NCBI GenBank assembly: GCA_964431415.1
Contig: CAYSJS010000006.1
Location: 252-64,251 of the forward strand
Length of the DNA: 64,000 nt
Origin: an uncultured Candidatus Saccharibacteria bacterium
Lineage (GTDB): Bacteria; Patescibacteriota; Saccharimonadia; Saccharimonadales; JACDBH01
Direction: 5' to 3'
Shown here: positions 1 through 11,900 of the stretch, one piece after another
Numbering within the stretch: position 1 is the stretch's first letter
Layout: each line of letters begins with the position of its first letter
Notes under the pieces: generated by a model
Told to the model about the DNA's origin: nothing
What the model saw: the letters and a program-made list of their open reading frames with translations, nothing else
Databases searched by the model: none
Made by a program: the position numbers and the translations under genes

Positions 1-390
1 GCGTTCGAAAGAGCAGAATGAAACATGTCGCCAGCAGAAAACCGTAGACGGTCACAAGCCGAGCCGGAAATATAACAGTGTTGGTGATGTAGCTGTAACT
101 TATGACAAATAAAATTCCAACAAACGAACCGGTGACGAGCTTGCCGAACTCCGAAAAGCGGTTTTCGTAGGTGTTTTTGTTGTATAGACCCAGAAGTCCG
201 AAGATAATCAGCCAGAATGGTAGAAGGAGCGCAAAGATTTTTACATATTCCAGGGAGGTCACCTGGGCAGAAATAGGGCGGTCATCCAGAGTTACGCGCA
301 GTATAAAAGCCGCAGTAAAGGCGGCCACGAGTGCAAGAAAGTCACCGACAATCAGGAAGAAGCCATAGACGAGCGTTGCATTATTCTTCA
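1..390 (-). CDS. Bacterial sugar transferase (polyprenyl-phosphate glycosyl-1-phosphate transferase family); N-terminal membrane part only, gene runs off the left edge
   Basis: Absent from the ORF track because there is no stop in the window. The reverse complement from ATG at 388-390 reads MKNNATLVYGFFLIVGDFLALVAAFTAAFILRVTLDD...LGLYNKNTYENRFSEFGKLV, a multi-TM N-terminus typical of WbaP/EpsL-type initiating transferases. Neighbours are envelope glycan genes. Confidence 0.45.
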
Positions 391-507
391 TGTAGTAACT
401 CCTAGTATACCCCGGTATTTGCTATTTTGCACCGCAGTGGCGTCAAATGTTTGAAGACTATGCGAGTGGGTGCGATCCGGCTGAACCAGGTTATACTATA
501 AGGGTAT

Positions 508-1839
508 ATGCAAAAAAGGAACCTTCGGCTTGGCCGCTTTTTATGGGGCGGATGTGCGATAATCCTGATTCTTATTCCTTTTCATGCTTTCTTGACAGCA
601 TGGTTTGCGAGCCGGTTTGGATATTTTGACCTGATTCGTCTATGGAAGGAAGGCCTGCTGCTGGTATTGTCGATCATGTCAGTCGTCACCGTTCTTCGGC
701 ATCCATCGCTGCGAAGAGAGTTGCAGTCAAACAGGATAGTGCAGTTTTCCTTACTCTTCATTGCTTACGTGCTTCTAATGTCGGCTATGGGCTTACTTTT
801 TGGAAACGTAAGTTTGAAGGCAGCGATTTATGGGTTTATCATCGATTCTCGGTCGTTTGTTTTTCTGCTCGTCATGATGGTAGCCGCGTGTTTGGCGCCT
901 TTGCCCCGTTTGCGCCGGCGCTGGCTGTTAATACCAGCTGTGGTTGTTATTTTATTTGGGCTTCTGCAGATTTTTGCATTGCCTGCAGATTTTCTTAGAC
1001 ATTTCGGATATGGCCCCTCAACACTGCCTGCTTTTCAGCCGGTAGACAACAAGCCAGAGCTGGCTCGTATCCAGTCAACGCTTCGCGGGCCGAATCCTTT
1101 GGGCGCCTACCTCGTTCCTATTTTGCTATCCTGCGTAACACTAGGTTTGACAATAAAAAAGCGCCGCAAATACGCTGCAGGGCTCTTTGTCATTGGTTTT
1201 ATAGTGCTGCTTGCCACCTACTCACGGAGCGCGCTCTTAGGACTGGCTGCTTCACTTGCGGTATTTGGCATACTGGCTGTGCGGCGGGCGGAAACAAGGC
1301 GTCTGTTTGTTTCTATTTTGGCAGCACTGGCAGTGGTCTTTTGCGGAGCTTTGTTTTTGCTGCGTGACAACGATCATTTTCAGAATTACTTTTTCCACAC
1401 CAACGAGAAGTCGACATCTTCTGTGAGCTCAAACAGTGCGCGACTGACGGCAGTTAAAAACGGCGTTAAAGATGTGTTTGAGCAACCGCTCGGCATGGGT
1501 GTTGGCTCGGCTGGCCCGGCTTCGTTAAGAAATACAAAAGCAGAACCGCGCATTGCCGAGAACTACTTTGTGCAAATCGGACAAGAGACGGGCGTCTTTG
1601 GGCTTGCTCTTTACCTGTTAGTTCTCGGAGCAGCGACTATGCAGTTATGGCGACGAAGTAATGACCGTTTGGCGGTGGGCGTACTGGCTACATTTGCCGG
1701 CCTGATTGTAATCAACATGCTCTCTCATGCCTGGGCGGATGATACGCTTGCCTACACATCGTTTGCGTTTTTGGGCTTTGTGCTCGTAAAAACCAGTACA
1801 AAAAGCGAAAATCTTGCTAAACTAGAGCTTAAGCGGTAA
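508..1839 (+). CDS. O-antigen ligase-like (Wzy_C/RfaL family) polytopic membrane protein
   Basis: 443 aa with about 10 or more hydrophobic segments. Central YSRSALLGLAASLAVFG region and large loop are typical of O-antigen ligase/polymerase family proteins. Confidence 0.7.
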   Translation: MQKRNLRLGRFLWGGCAIILILIPFHAFLTAWFASRFGYFDLIRLWKEGLLLVLSIMSVVTVLRHPSLRRELQSNRIVQFSLLFIAYVLLMSAMGLLFGNVSLKAAIYGFIIDSRSFVFLLVMMVAACLAPLPRLRRRWLLIPAVVVILFGLLQIFALPADFLRHFGYGPSTLPAFQPVDNKPELARIQSTLRGPNPLGAYLVPILLSCVTLGLTIKKRRKYAAGLFVIGFIVLLATYSRSALLGLAASLAVFGILAVRRAETRRLFVSILAALAVVFCGALFLLRDNDHFQNYFFHTNEKSTSSVSSNSARLTAVKNGVKDVFEQPLGMGVGSAGPASLRNTKAEPRIAENYFVQIGQETGVFGLALYLLVLGAATMQLWRRSNDRLAVGVLATFAGLIVINMLSHAWADDTLAYTSFAFLGFVLVKTSTKSENLAKLELKR

Positions 1840-1883
1840 GAAAAGAATCCAGAGTATAGATTAGAGATGACAGAATTAAGACA

Positions 1884-2318
1884 ATGAAAAGAAGACAAAA
1901 AAAGCTGGTCATACAGTTTGCTGAATATATGATTAGCGGTGGTGCTTATTTTTGGGTTGGATACCTCGTATTTTTTGGCGCAGATAAAGGGCTTCACTTA
2001 AGCTTATGGTGGTCCAAGCTGCTCTCAAACCTGATTGGCTGGACGGTAAATTATTTACTCCAGCGCTACTGGGTATTTAAAAACCCGCATCTGAAAGGTC
2101 ATTTAGCGCGCACTACGGGGCGTTATTTTGTTATAACCGGCGTGGATTTCATTCTCGACTACTTTATTGTTGCGGGCCTTAAGTCGATCGGCATTACGCC
2201 GTACATCGGCCAGTTTATCTCGGCTGGTTTCTTCACCGTATGGAACTATCTATGGTACCGCTTTTGGGTATTTCCTGAAACGCACAAAAAGGGAATTAAG
2301 CCGCGCAGACGGCGCTAA
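1884..2318 (+). CDS. GtrA family membrane protein
   Basis: 144 aa with 4 TM segments; LLQRYWVF and NYLWYRFWVF motifs are characteristic of GtrA-like proteins. Confidence 0.75.
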   Translation: MKRRQKKLVIQFAEYMISGGAYFWVGYLVFFGADKGLHLSLWWSKLLSNLIGWTVNYLLQRYWVFKNPHLKGHLARTTGRYFVITGVDFILDYFIVAGLKSIGITPYIGQFISAGFFTVWNYLWYRFWVFPETHKKGIKPRRRR

Positions 2319-2330
2319 GGAGGAGAGGCA

Positions 2331-2780
2331 ATGGAAGGCGTACGACCAACGAAAAAACAGCGTGAGCTTTTAGGGTACATCGAAAGTTTTATTCAAGAGC
2401 ACGGTTACAGCCCGAGTTACCGCGAAATAATGAACGGCTTGGGATACACGTCGGTGGCTACAGTTGCCCTGCATGTGGGAAACTTGATTAAGCGCGGGCA
2501 CTTAAGAAAAAGGGACCGCTCTGCCCGTTCGCTCGAAGTGGTAGGCGTAGACTTGGGGTTGGCGTCAAAAGCCAGTGAAGTGCTTGAAAATGATGCCAAG
2601 TGGCTTATTAATCACGTACATGGCTTGCTTACCGAACTTGAAACCGCGGCAGAACCGGCAGCAAAGAAACTGGATGATGCATATGTGCTCATCGGTGCAT
2701 TGCATGTGCTTGGCCTGGAAGAGGCGGTGCGCGCCCTCGTACCACGACTTTCTGCGATAAAGGTCAAAACTGACGTATAA
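2331..2780 (+). CDS. LexA-type winged-helix DNA-binding domain protein without the S24 peptidase domain
   Basis: N-terminus PTKKQRELLGYIESFIQEHGYSPSYREIMNGLGYTSVATVALHVGNLIKRGHLRK matches the LexA DNA-binding domain. The C-terminal 70 aa are helical with no Ser/Lys peptidase motifs. Confidence 0.6.
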   Translation: MEGVRPTKKQRELLGYIESFIQEHGYSPSYREIMNGLGYTSVATVALHVGNLIKRGHLRKRDRSARSLEVVGVDLGLASKASEVLENDAKWLINHVHGLLTELETAAEPAAKKLDDAYVLIGALHVLGLEEAVRALVPRLSAIKVKTDV

Positions 2781-2792
2781 TACTCTATTACA

Positions 2793-3860
2793 ATGAAACA
2801 TTCTGAAGAAGAATGGACTCTTGTAGAACGGCGTGCCGAGGCGCTTCAGGATTTTTTTGCAGAAAATAACGTTCCGATCCGGGACCAATTACCGTTTGCG
2901 TACTACAACTTGCAGGCACCACCCAACTCATTACCGGAGTGGACGCTTCCTTATTTTGATCGTGGCGTCTTGCCGCAAGGTGGCTACGGTGACTTTGATC
3001 TAGAAAAAGTTGACGGCTACGGCAGTTTGCTTGTACCTAATTTTGCTAAGAGGAGTCATGGGCTTGCGCCGATGCTGGACGCAGCTAAACCGCTCGCAGA
3101 TACGATTATTGAAGGCCTTAAAACTGGATCATTTCTTGTTTCGTCTAACCATCCTACGCTCCCAACTCCAATCTTGATTGCACGTTCAATAATAGAGGCG
3201 GTTGGTGACGAGATACCGGACATTCAAAAACGTATATACATTACGTACGGCATGTTGCCTGTTATGTTCAAATTCGATTTTGGCGTGGCAGAACTTTCTC
3301 CGGCGGCGTTTGCTGCCGGGCTGGGCAATGTGGCAGTAACGGCAGCTGTCTCGGACAGCAATATGCAGCCAAAAATGAAAGACTGGCAATCCGAGTATCG
3401 GAACTTTTATAAGGCGAATGTCGCCAGTTGGCTTGCGAGTGCGGGGAATATAGTTATCTTGGCGCTGAACGGCCAGAGAGATGTACATTTTAGTTCTTTC
3501 AATAAGAAGGCTCGTATGATTCATCAGCCAGAGGGTGAACTCGATGCTTTTGTGCAGGCAGGCGCGCAGTTTGTTAATTTCGCTGTGTACGACAAGCTGC
3601 TCGAGGACCCTGTGCAAATAGGAAGCCCGGTAGAGATCTACGCCAATCCGCGCGTTAGACCGATTACATTAGAGGAATTAAGAAGCTCAAATAAGTGGCA
3701 AAAGGAAATGCTTCGGTCCACATTTGATGGTACGCCCTACTATCACGAGGGAGTAAGCGAAATGGCTGTCAGGCTGACTGATCGCCGCAGGGAAATAGAA
3801 GCAAGCATAACATCGGCAGCGAAGTCAGTATTAGATCGTGTAAAAAATAGAGGCGGTTAG
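2793..3860 (+). CDS. Hypothetical protein (355 aa)
   Basis: Long ORF with normal composition, packed tightly after the LexA-like gene. No motif recognised. Confidence 0.5.
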   Translation: MKHSEEEWTLVERRAEALQDFFAENNVPIRDQLPFAYYNLQAPPNSLPEWTLPYFDRGVLPQGGYGDFDLEKVDGYGSLLVPNFAKRSHGLAPMLDAAKPLADTIIEGLKTGSFLVSSNHPTLPTPILIARSIIEAVGDEIPDIQKRIYITYGMLPVMFKFDFGVAELSPAAFAAGLGNVAVTAAVSDSNMQPKMKDWQSEYRNFYKANVASWLASAGNIVILALNGQRDVHFSSFNKKARMIHQPEGELDAFVQAGAQFVNFAVYDKLLEDPVQIGSPVEIYANPRVRPITLEELRSSNKWQKEMLRSTFDGTPYYHEGVSEMAVRLTDRRREIEASITSAAKSVLDRVKNRGG

Positions 3861-3865
3861 TTTGC

Positions 3866-5089
3866 TTATTCGCGGCGCAAAGCGTCAATCGGGTTAATCT
3901 TCTGGGCTCTTCGGGCAGGGAAAAGTACCACCAGCAAGCCAACAATCATCATAAACGCAGTAAGGCTTACCATTACCCATAGTGGGTTTGAGAACAGCTG
4001 GAAGCCTTCTGTTACGCCTCGCCGACGTGCGAGCTGGTTTATGATGACATTCATTATCTTGCCCGACAACATGGCCAGGATGATGCCTGTTACTGCGCCG
4101 ATAAACGAAAGTAGCATTGCTTCTAAGATAAACAGTTTTCGCATATCACGATTCCTGCCACCAAGTGCAATCATAAGTCCAATTTCTTTTGTTCGCTCAA
4201 GCAACGAAATGGTGAGGGTGTTAAACATGCCAAGCACCGAAACAATCATACCAATGCCGCCGAAGCCCACCAGAATAACTGTGAAGAACTTAAACACTTG
4301 GTTGATCTGGTCCAGGGTGTCGATGGGCGAAGAAGTTTGAAAGCCTTGTGACTCAATTTGTTTGCGTAAGGTCGCAACATTGTCGACATTGTCGGCAAGC
4401 ACCTTCAGCTGAGAATACGAGGTAACGCCAGCAACTTCAAACAAACCACTTGGGATAAACATCTCACTTCCTGAGCCAGAACTAATGATGCCAACAATTG
4501 TGAAAGTTCCGCTCACCTCTTTTTTTGTTGTTTCGACTCCTTGTAGCGGCACAACTATGTCGATAGTTTTGCCAAGAGCATCATTCTCGTTTTTAAATCC
4601 CGCCGCCGCGATGGCTGCTTTGTTTACAAGCACCGAGTAGCTGTCGCTGTTCTTGAGGCCCCTGCCAGATGTGGTCGTGATATTACTGAGTGTCTGGTAG
4701 GACTCGTCAACGCCATAGGTAACGGCGTCGGACTCTCCACCCTTGTTTTTGATCGTTCCCGGGAATGAATATTGTTTACCGACCCCGTTTGTGTGTGCCA
4801 CTTTTTGTAGTCTGGTGACGGTTGCGGCGTCTAGTTTTACGATTTTTGAATTGGTCGTCGTAACTTCAATTGATTTTATAGACTGGTCACCAATTACCTG
4901 ATTTGCTACAAGGTTACGGAGGCCGAGCCCAAATGAAGTGAGGAAATAAATAGCCGAAATACCGATTACCACACCGAATACAGTAAGGAAGGTACGGAGC
5001 TTCTTGCTAACTAGGTTGCGCCATGCAATGTATAGCAGAAGTTTCGTGGAGATGTTGTTTCGTGATTTTTTTTGAAGAAAAGATATCAT
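3866..5089 (-). CDS. ABC transporter permease, FtsX/MacB type
   Basis: 407 aa: N-terminal TM, large extracytoplasmic domain, C-terminal 3-TM FtsX-like block (LERTKEIGLMIALGGRNRDM...). Overlaps the upstream ATPase gene by 4 nt. Confidence 0.85.
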   Translation of the reverse strand: MISFLQKKSRNNISTKLLLYIAWRNLVSKKLRTFLTVFGVVIGISAIYFLTSFGLGLRNLVANQVIGDQSIKSIEVTTTNSKIVKLDAATVTRLQKVAHTNGVGKQYSFPGTIKNKGGESDAVTYGVDESYQTLSNITTTSGRGLKNSDSYSVLVNKAAIAAAGFKNENDALGKTIDIVVPLQGVETTKKEVSGTFTIVGIISSGSGSEMFIPSGLFEVAGVTSYSQLKVLADNVDNVATLRKQIESQGFQTSSPIDTLDQINQVFKFFTVILVGFGGIGMIVSVLGMFNTLTISLLERTKEIGLMIALGGRNRDMRKLFILEAMLLSFIGAVTGIILAMLSGKIMNVIINQLARRRGVTEGFQLFSNPLWVMVSLTAFMMIVGLLVVLFPARRAQKINPIDALRRE

Positions 5090-5901
5090 TTTTTTGTTTC
5101 CTCTGTTTTGTTCACCCCAGAAAGACGGTCAATGCGTTGCTTCATATCTCTCATGAGTTCGTTTGTTGCTGCTCGAATCGAGCCGCTCTTAAGTTCTTGC
5201 ACGTTGCCATCCTGAATATGAAGCAGATAGTTAGCGAGAGGAAGATACTCCATATTATGCGTAACCAGGATAATAGTTCTTCGGTATTCGTTCTTAATCT
5301 TGCTAAGAAGCCCCATGATCTTGTCGCCATTTTTACTGTCGAGGCTTCCAGTTGGTTCATCGGCGATAATGATACGAGGGTCATTTACGAGCGCGCGTGC
5401 CATAGCAATACGCTGCTGCTCACCACCAGAGAGCATAGTTGGATATTTCTTGGCATAGCCAACCATATCGACACGCTCAAGTGATATGAGTGCCAGGCTG
5501 CTTGCTTCAGCACGACTATACCCCAGGAAGTAAAGCGGCAGAGAAATGTTTTCTATAACGTTTAGGCTGTGTACCCAGTAGTTCTGCTGGTATACGATGC
5601 CGATTCTATGCGCACGAAAGCGTGCCAGTTCATCAGGAGTGTAGTCGTACAGGGAGCGTCCTTCGACATCAAGCGTTCCTTTTGTTGGCTTCTGCAAGCC
5701 TGTAAGGATGTTTAAGAGTGTTGACTTACCTGATCCGGAGGCGCCATAGATAATGTTGAACGAGTTGTCGGTTATGGTGAAGTTGACGCTACGTAAAATT
5801 GACACTTTTTCGTCTGAGAAGTTGAAGTCCATATGGATATCTTTTGCCTGCAGTAAAGGATGCTGAGGGTTATGGGATGAAGGTACGTAAGATTTGTCCA
5901 T
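5086..5901 (-). CDS. ABC transporter ATP-binding protein (MacB/LolD-like)
   Basis: Walker [10 protein letters not shown], signature [15 protein letters not shown], Walker B IIIADEPT. Confidence 0.9.
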   Translation of the reverse strand: MDKSYVPSSHNPQHPLLQAKDIHMDFNFSDEKVSILRSVNFTITDNSFNIIYGASGSGKSTLLNILTGLQKPTKGTLDVEGRSLYDYTPDELARFRAHRIGIVYQQNYWVHSLNVIENISLPLYFLGYSRAEASSLALISLERVDMVGYAKKYPTMLSGGEQQRIAMARALVNDPRIIIADEPTGSLDSKNGDKIMGLLSKIKNEYRRTIILVTHNMEYLPLANYLLHIQDGNVQELKSGSIRAATNELMRDMKQRIDRLSGVNKTEETKK

Positions 5902-5903
5902 GG

Positions 5904-8900
5904 TTAAAATCCAAATATTTTCTGCAGTGAGTTAATGATGACGGTTAAGATACTGTCGGATGCGCGTCCGATGATGGTTGACTGTGGTTCGCCTAGGCCG
6001 GCATTGCCGCCGCGGTCTCGGGATACAGGTTGAACGCTGTAAACCTTAGAGGTTGGAAGGTCTGAGATGATCACGATATGTTCCGTGGTGAGTTCGCCGT
6101 CTTCTGAAGTCTTGCTGTTGAATATAGATACATTTGATCCTTCGCCGTAGGCCACTTGGCTGGAAGAAGGCTCGTCGGTCTTCCAGGATACGATGATCTG
6201 GCCTCTTGCCTCTGCGCCCGAACCGCGAATCGACGATTCCACAGTAATGTCACTTACCTTCGGCGGTCTAGTGTCGAGAGCGGTCTTGAATACCTGACGA
6301 TCAGACACCGCTAAGTTACCTGCGGCATCGCGGCTCTGTGCAAGCAAGAAGTATTCGCTGTCATCTTCGAGGTTGCTGATCGTTATCTCGTGGTCTGTTA
6401 CTAGGCCGGATTTTTGTACGTCAATACCAGAAGAATTCACTTTGCCGTAGGTAACGGTTGTATTAGAGGGTACATTTGTTTGCCAAGTTACACTCTGAGT
6501 ACTTGTAGGTTCCCCTGTAACCGGCTGGAATCGCAGGTTTATGATACGCGGTCTTTGCGGCGTGGTGAACGAGAAGACGTTGCCAAAATATTCGCTGCCT
6601 TCGCTGTCGAAAGCACTGATGCGGAAGAAATATTTGGTGCCGTCATCTAGACCACTTAATGCGAACGAGTATTTAGACTCCGCACTTGAGGTGTTTATCG
6701 ACTGCAGTCCGCCGAAGCTTTCACTCTTACCGTAGTACAAGGTCACCTTGCTGGCGCCGTTGCTAACAAACTGTATCACTGCCGAAGATAGGCTGACGCT
6801 CACTGTTTCGACCTCTTTAACAACCGGAGCCGGAGCGGTTGTAAAGGTAAACTCTTGGCTTGTGCCCGTGTTGCCGTCTTCGTCTGTCCACTTTGCGACG
6901 TAGTAATATGTGGTACCGGCCGAAAGATTATCGAGCTGAATAGTGTGTAGGTTGATCTGAGTCGAGTTACCGATCTCAGAGCTGCCATACTGACCGCTTG
7001 TCGTGCCCAGGGCTATCTTTGAATCGCTGGCGCGGTCTGTCGCCCAGGTGATGGTCGCTTTCTTGGTTGTTAGATTACTTGCCGAGGGGTCGCTTGTAAG
7101 AGTCGCCGGACTGGTAAATTTGCCCGTTGGCAGCATCTGCACAACGGTGCTTTCTGAGCCACAGTTGTTTGTGCTGTCACAAGCCCGCACTTTGTAGTAA
7201 TACAACTGTTGGTTTAATCCGGCGTCGATATACGTAGTACTGGTACTGCTGCCGACAAAAGAGAATGCAACGTTATTGGTCGACCGTAATACCTTGTAAC
7301 TTGCTATGCCCGCACCGGTGTCGACCGGCGAGTCCCAGGTGATTGCCAGCCGCCAGTTGCTGGTGGACTTGATCGACACGTCAACGATATCGGTGTTTGT
7401 AGGGATCCCCGGGCTAGGCGTGTTGGCAGTAAAATCAACGGTCGCGAAGCTGGAGTAGTTAATATTATCCGACTCATCCTTGGCCACGACATAAAACGTG
7501 TTAGTTCCCGGCTGTGTCGCGTATGGGCCCGAACCGAGGCTTGTCACGCCCGCAGAAGTGTAGGCGCAGGTAGTAGGGCTTGGAAGCGTATTAATGGTGT
7601 AGCAATAGGTAAGGTGATTAACGTCACCGACAAAACTATTTGGAGCATTCCAAGAGAATGCAAAGGCATTGGTCGTGTTTGATGCAGGCGTTGCATGTAC
7701 GTTCTGTGGCTCACTTGGAGAGCCAGCCGTGTTTACCTTTAGGGCGGCCGTTACGTAGCCGCTGGTTACGTTTCCGGCGTTGTCCCAGGTTCTAAAGTAG
7801 ACCGTATTAACTCCTTCAATAATATTGTTGAAGTCTGTAGGATCGACGGTTACATAGCTGCCGTCATCAGCGAGAAGGTCGGTCATGTCACCGCTGCCTG
7901 TATGGTTGTCGCCGTACCAGGAAGAGGCGTTGATGCGGTATTGCAGACCGGCTACGCCTGACGCCGTATCGCTTGTTGCTTGCCCGCCGCTTGTAGGCCA
8001 GGTGAGAGTGGTTGACTTTGTGTTAATGAATCCCGAGGGGGCCGTGATAAACCCGGGGTTTGTGGGCGGGGTGTTATCAAATCTAAAGTGAAACTCAGCA
8101 CTGGTTCCAAAAATATTGCCCGCGTTGTCTATGGCCCGAACCAGTAGATAGTAAGAGCTGTTAGATGTGGTAAGCGGCGAGCCCATATACCCAGCAGTAG
8201 ATAGATCTACTGAGTTTCCGGAAACGGCAAACTGACAATGGCCGGCTGTGTCTAAGGGTGAAGTGCCCAGGAGTCCTTTAGTGGTTGTCGGATCGGCGGA
8301 GCTGTTAGTGCCAAGATACAGGCAATACCCCTTTATGCCTGATCCGGTATCTGTGCCGGCCGTCCATGAAAAGTAAGGAGAAGAGCCGTTTGTCCAGTCG
8401 TTTGTATTCAGCTCCGTTCCGCCGTTTGTTTTATATCCGTGTAATGCTGAAGCGTTTGTATTCGGCGCTGACAAATCAGAGGTTGCGGCGAGGTCGATAG
8501 TGTTGAGGGTTACCTGCTGAGTCCCGTTGCCTTTTAATACAGCCTGCCATCTTATGCCATAGAGGGTAGCAGGAAAGGTGGCAATGTTGGTGCCTATGAC
8601 GGCTGCGGTATTAGACTGTGCTAATCCGGATGATGTTACCCAGCCGCTGTTCCAGTATTTCCATGTCGTACCATTATCATCAGATAACCGGTATGTAATC
8701 GCCCCGCCGTTAGCTGTTTCGTCGCTGGTGAAATTATCCCAATGAGCGACTCCGCTAGTGCGTACTGCGGCAGCTAAGGTAATAGCCTGGTGATTTGCGC
8801 TATACGGGAGTGTGTTAAAAGACCCGCGGGCAATGTTGCTGATCCGCAGCTCATCAAGCATACCTTCAAAAAAGGCTCGACTCCATCCCGTCTCAGAGGG

Positions 8901-11900
8901 CCCAAAGTTCGTACCGATCAGGGCAGGCTGCGTGGTGTCCGGCATCGTCAAGGAAACTGAAGTCTGTGCGTCTACTACGCCGTCTACGTAGAGTTTCATG
9001 GTGGTGCCGTCATACGTGGCGGCAATATGATGCCAGGAAGTGTCCTGAGAGCCGACGGTACTCTGCAGGAATCCGTTGTTTCCGTATGACCAAACAGCTG
9101 CATCGGTGTTGGCGCTGTCGCCAAGCCCGGCGTACAGCTTCCCTTTATAGACACTAAAGCTGCGCACCGATTCGGTGGCATTTGCGGTCCAGCTTGAGTT
9201 TGTGCCGCCGCCACCTATCTTTGACCAGCTGGAACCGTCCATTTCCCACACCTCACCGTCCCCGGCACTATTACCAAGCCCGGCATACAGCTTGCCATTG
9301 TAGGTAACAAGTGATTTTACCTGCTCGTATTGTCCGTCCAGCCAGCTGCCATTTACGCCGTCTCCGCCTACAATGCTCCAAGCCGTACCCGTCCATTCCC
9401 AGAGCTCGGCGTCTCCGGTTGAGTTACCAAGCCCGGCATACAGCTTGCCATTATAGGGGATCATCGACTCGACTTGTTCGTAAACGGTATTCCAGCTACT
9501 GTTCACGCCATCTCCGCCAATTTTCGCCCAAGACGAGCCATTCCATCTCCAAACCTCAGCATCTCCTGCGGTCAGGCCCAAGCCTGCATAGAGCTGACCA
9601 TCATACACCGATAATGAGCTAACCCGTTCGAAGTTTGTCGTCCAGCCGCTGTTTAAGCTGTCTCCGCCAATTTTCGCCCAAGACGAGCCATTCCACATCC
9701 ACACTTCCGCATCGTTAGCGGAGTTGCCTATCCCGGCGTAAAGATTGCCAGCGAGAACTGCCATAGAAGAAACTTCTTCAAAGTTTGTCGTCCAGCCACT
9801 GTTTAAGCTGTCTCCACCGATTTGGTTCCACGTTGAGCCGTCATATTTCCACACTTCCGCATCGTTTGCGCTCGTGCCTAACCCTACGTACAGATTGCCG
9901 CCGAAGCTGATCATACTTGTCACGTCCTCGTAAGTAGTCGCAGCCCAACTGTTATTTATTCCTTGGCCACCGACAATTTGCCACGAATTGCCGTCGAACC
10001 TCCATACCAGCGCGTTGCCGGCAACTGTGTTTCCGGTGCCAGCATAGAGGTAGCTTCCATACACTGTCATGCTTTCAACGTTTTGGATGTTATAACCGCC
10101 CCAGCTTTTGTTAATGTAACCACCGCCGATTCTTGTCCATGAGCCGCTCGTAAAGCTCCACACCTCGGCGTTGTTGCCTGTTGCTATTAGCCCGGCATAC
10201 AGAGTACTGTTACCGTAGCTCAATGCGTTCACTTCTATGTGCGTATTCGTAAAGCCGCCGTTCACGCCGTCACCGCCAATTTTCGCCCAAGACGAGCCAT
10301 TCCACATCCACACCTCGTTGTCCCCGGCAGATAAGCCTAGTCCGGCATACAGATTCGTTCCGTCATCGGTAAAGCTATAAACCCCTTCGTAAGATACTGC
10401 ATCCCATCCGCTGTTGAGATTATCGCCGCCGATCTTCGCCCAAGACGAGCCATTCCACATCCACACCTCACCGTCCCCGGCTGTTGTACCCAATCCAGCG
10501 TACAGATTGCCGCCAAAATAACGCATGCTGATCACCGACTCGTAGGTGGACGCCGCCCAGCTTGAGTTAACTGCGTCCCCGCCAATCTGGGTCCATGTTG
10601 TGCCAGTTAGTCTCCAAACGTCAGCGTCGCCAGCAGTACTGCCGAAGCCTACATAAATGCTTGAACCGTCGTTGGACATACTGTAGACCGCCTCGTAGCC
10701 GGTGGGGAAAGCGTTATAGGCTCCTGTAATACCAAAGCCTCCTACCCATGTCCAGGTTGAGCCATTCCATGCATACACCTTTGAGTCATTGGCGGTCGTC
10801 CCAAGCCCAACGTAGAGCGTGGAACCCAAAACGGTCATACTGTCTACCTCTTCTATGGTGTTAACTGCCCAGCTGTTATTTATGCCGTCACCGCCAATCT
10901 TAGTCCAGGACGTACAGCCGGTGCCCGTATCACAGCTCCAAACTTCACCGTCGCCAGCCGTTGAACCAAGCCCCGCGTAGAGAATTGTTCCACTGTAATT
11001 TAGCGTCGTTACGTTTTCGAAGGTAAGATCGGCCCAACTATTATTCTTGCCGTCCCCGCCAATCTGGGTCCACGTTGAGCCGTCCCATTTCCATACTTCA
11101 GCATCTCCAACTGCGTTGCCGAGTCCGACATACAGGTTACCACCGATAAACTGCTCGGCGTTTACAGAAAGCTTTCCGTTTAAATCCCAACTGTTCTTTG
11201 TGTCGTTGCCAGCTTGCTGTGTCCAGGTGGTCGCGGTCGAATTTGCTAGCTCATATGTTATTTTCCCGGTCTCTTGGTCGTAGTAGAGTTTGTACGAACC
11301 TTTGTCTATAACCGATTGTTTATGGTCGTGGCTGCCCGCACTAAAGGGTGCGCTAAATTTTGTCCACGCTTCAATACTGTTATCTCTAGATAATGAGGTG
11401 GCGGCAGAATCCGGTATGCTGGCGTATGCCGTTGAGCCGTTTAGTGAAAGGCCGTTGTTTAAGTTGCCGGTTATAAAGGTGCCATTGGTTACGGATGCAT
11501 TATTAGTATTGGATGAACCGTCGGTAGCTATGGCTCCACTTGCTTCATCGAAATGATAGAGGGCTGCGGTATTAACGTCACTCGTGTAATTCTGGGCTTT
11601 GAGGCGCGCACTTGTACCGCTGACTTCTACACCGGCATCCAGTGTAAAGCTGGCTGGTGCACTAAAATCCCAAGAATTAAATAGGTCGGATGCAGCGAGC
11701 ACCTTACCATAAGAAAGAGCGACCAAAGTGCCCACTACGGCAAGGTATACGCCCAATACCGAATAATGAATGTGCTTATGGAACTTCCAGTCATGCCAGT
11801 TTCGATACCAGTTCCATTTGTTGTATAGGTGATTATGGGGACGTTTCGCAAGGTGATGGTGTAAGAACCGAGTGGTGATCTTAGTATAGTGGTGCGTCTT

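Noticed and set aside
6071-11878. Many 60-103-aa track ORFs inside and antisense to the giant gene
   Set aside because: All are nested within a continuous 2038-aa ORF that has clear domain structure. Their compositions (Arg/Pro/Ser-rich) are typical of out-of-frame translation of repetitive coding DNA.
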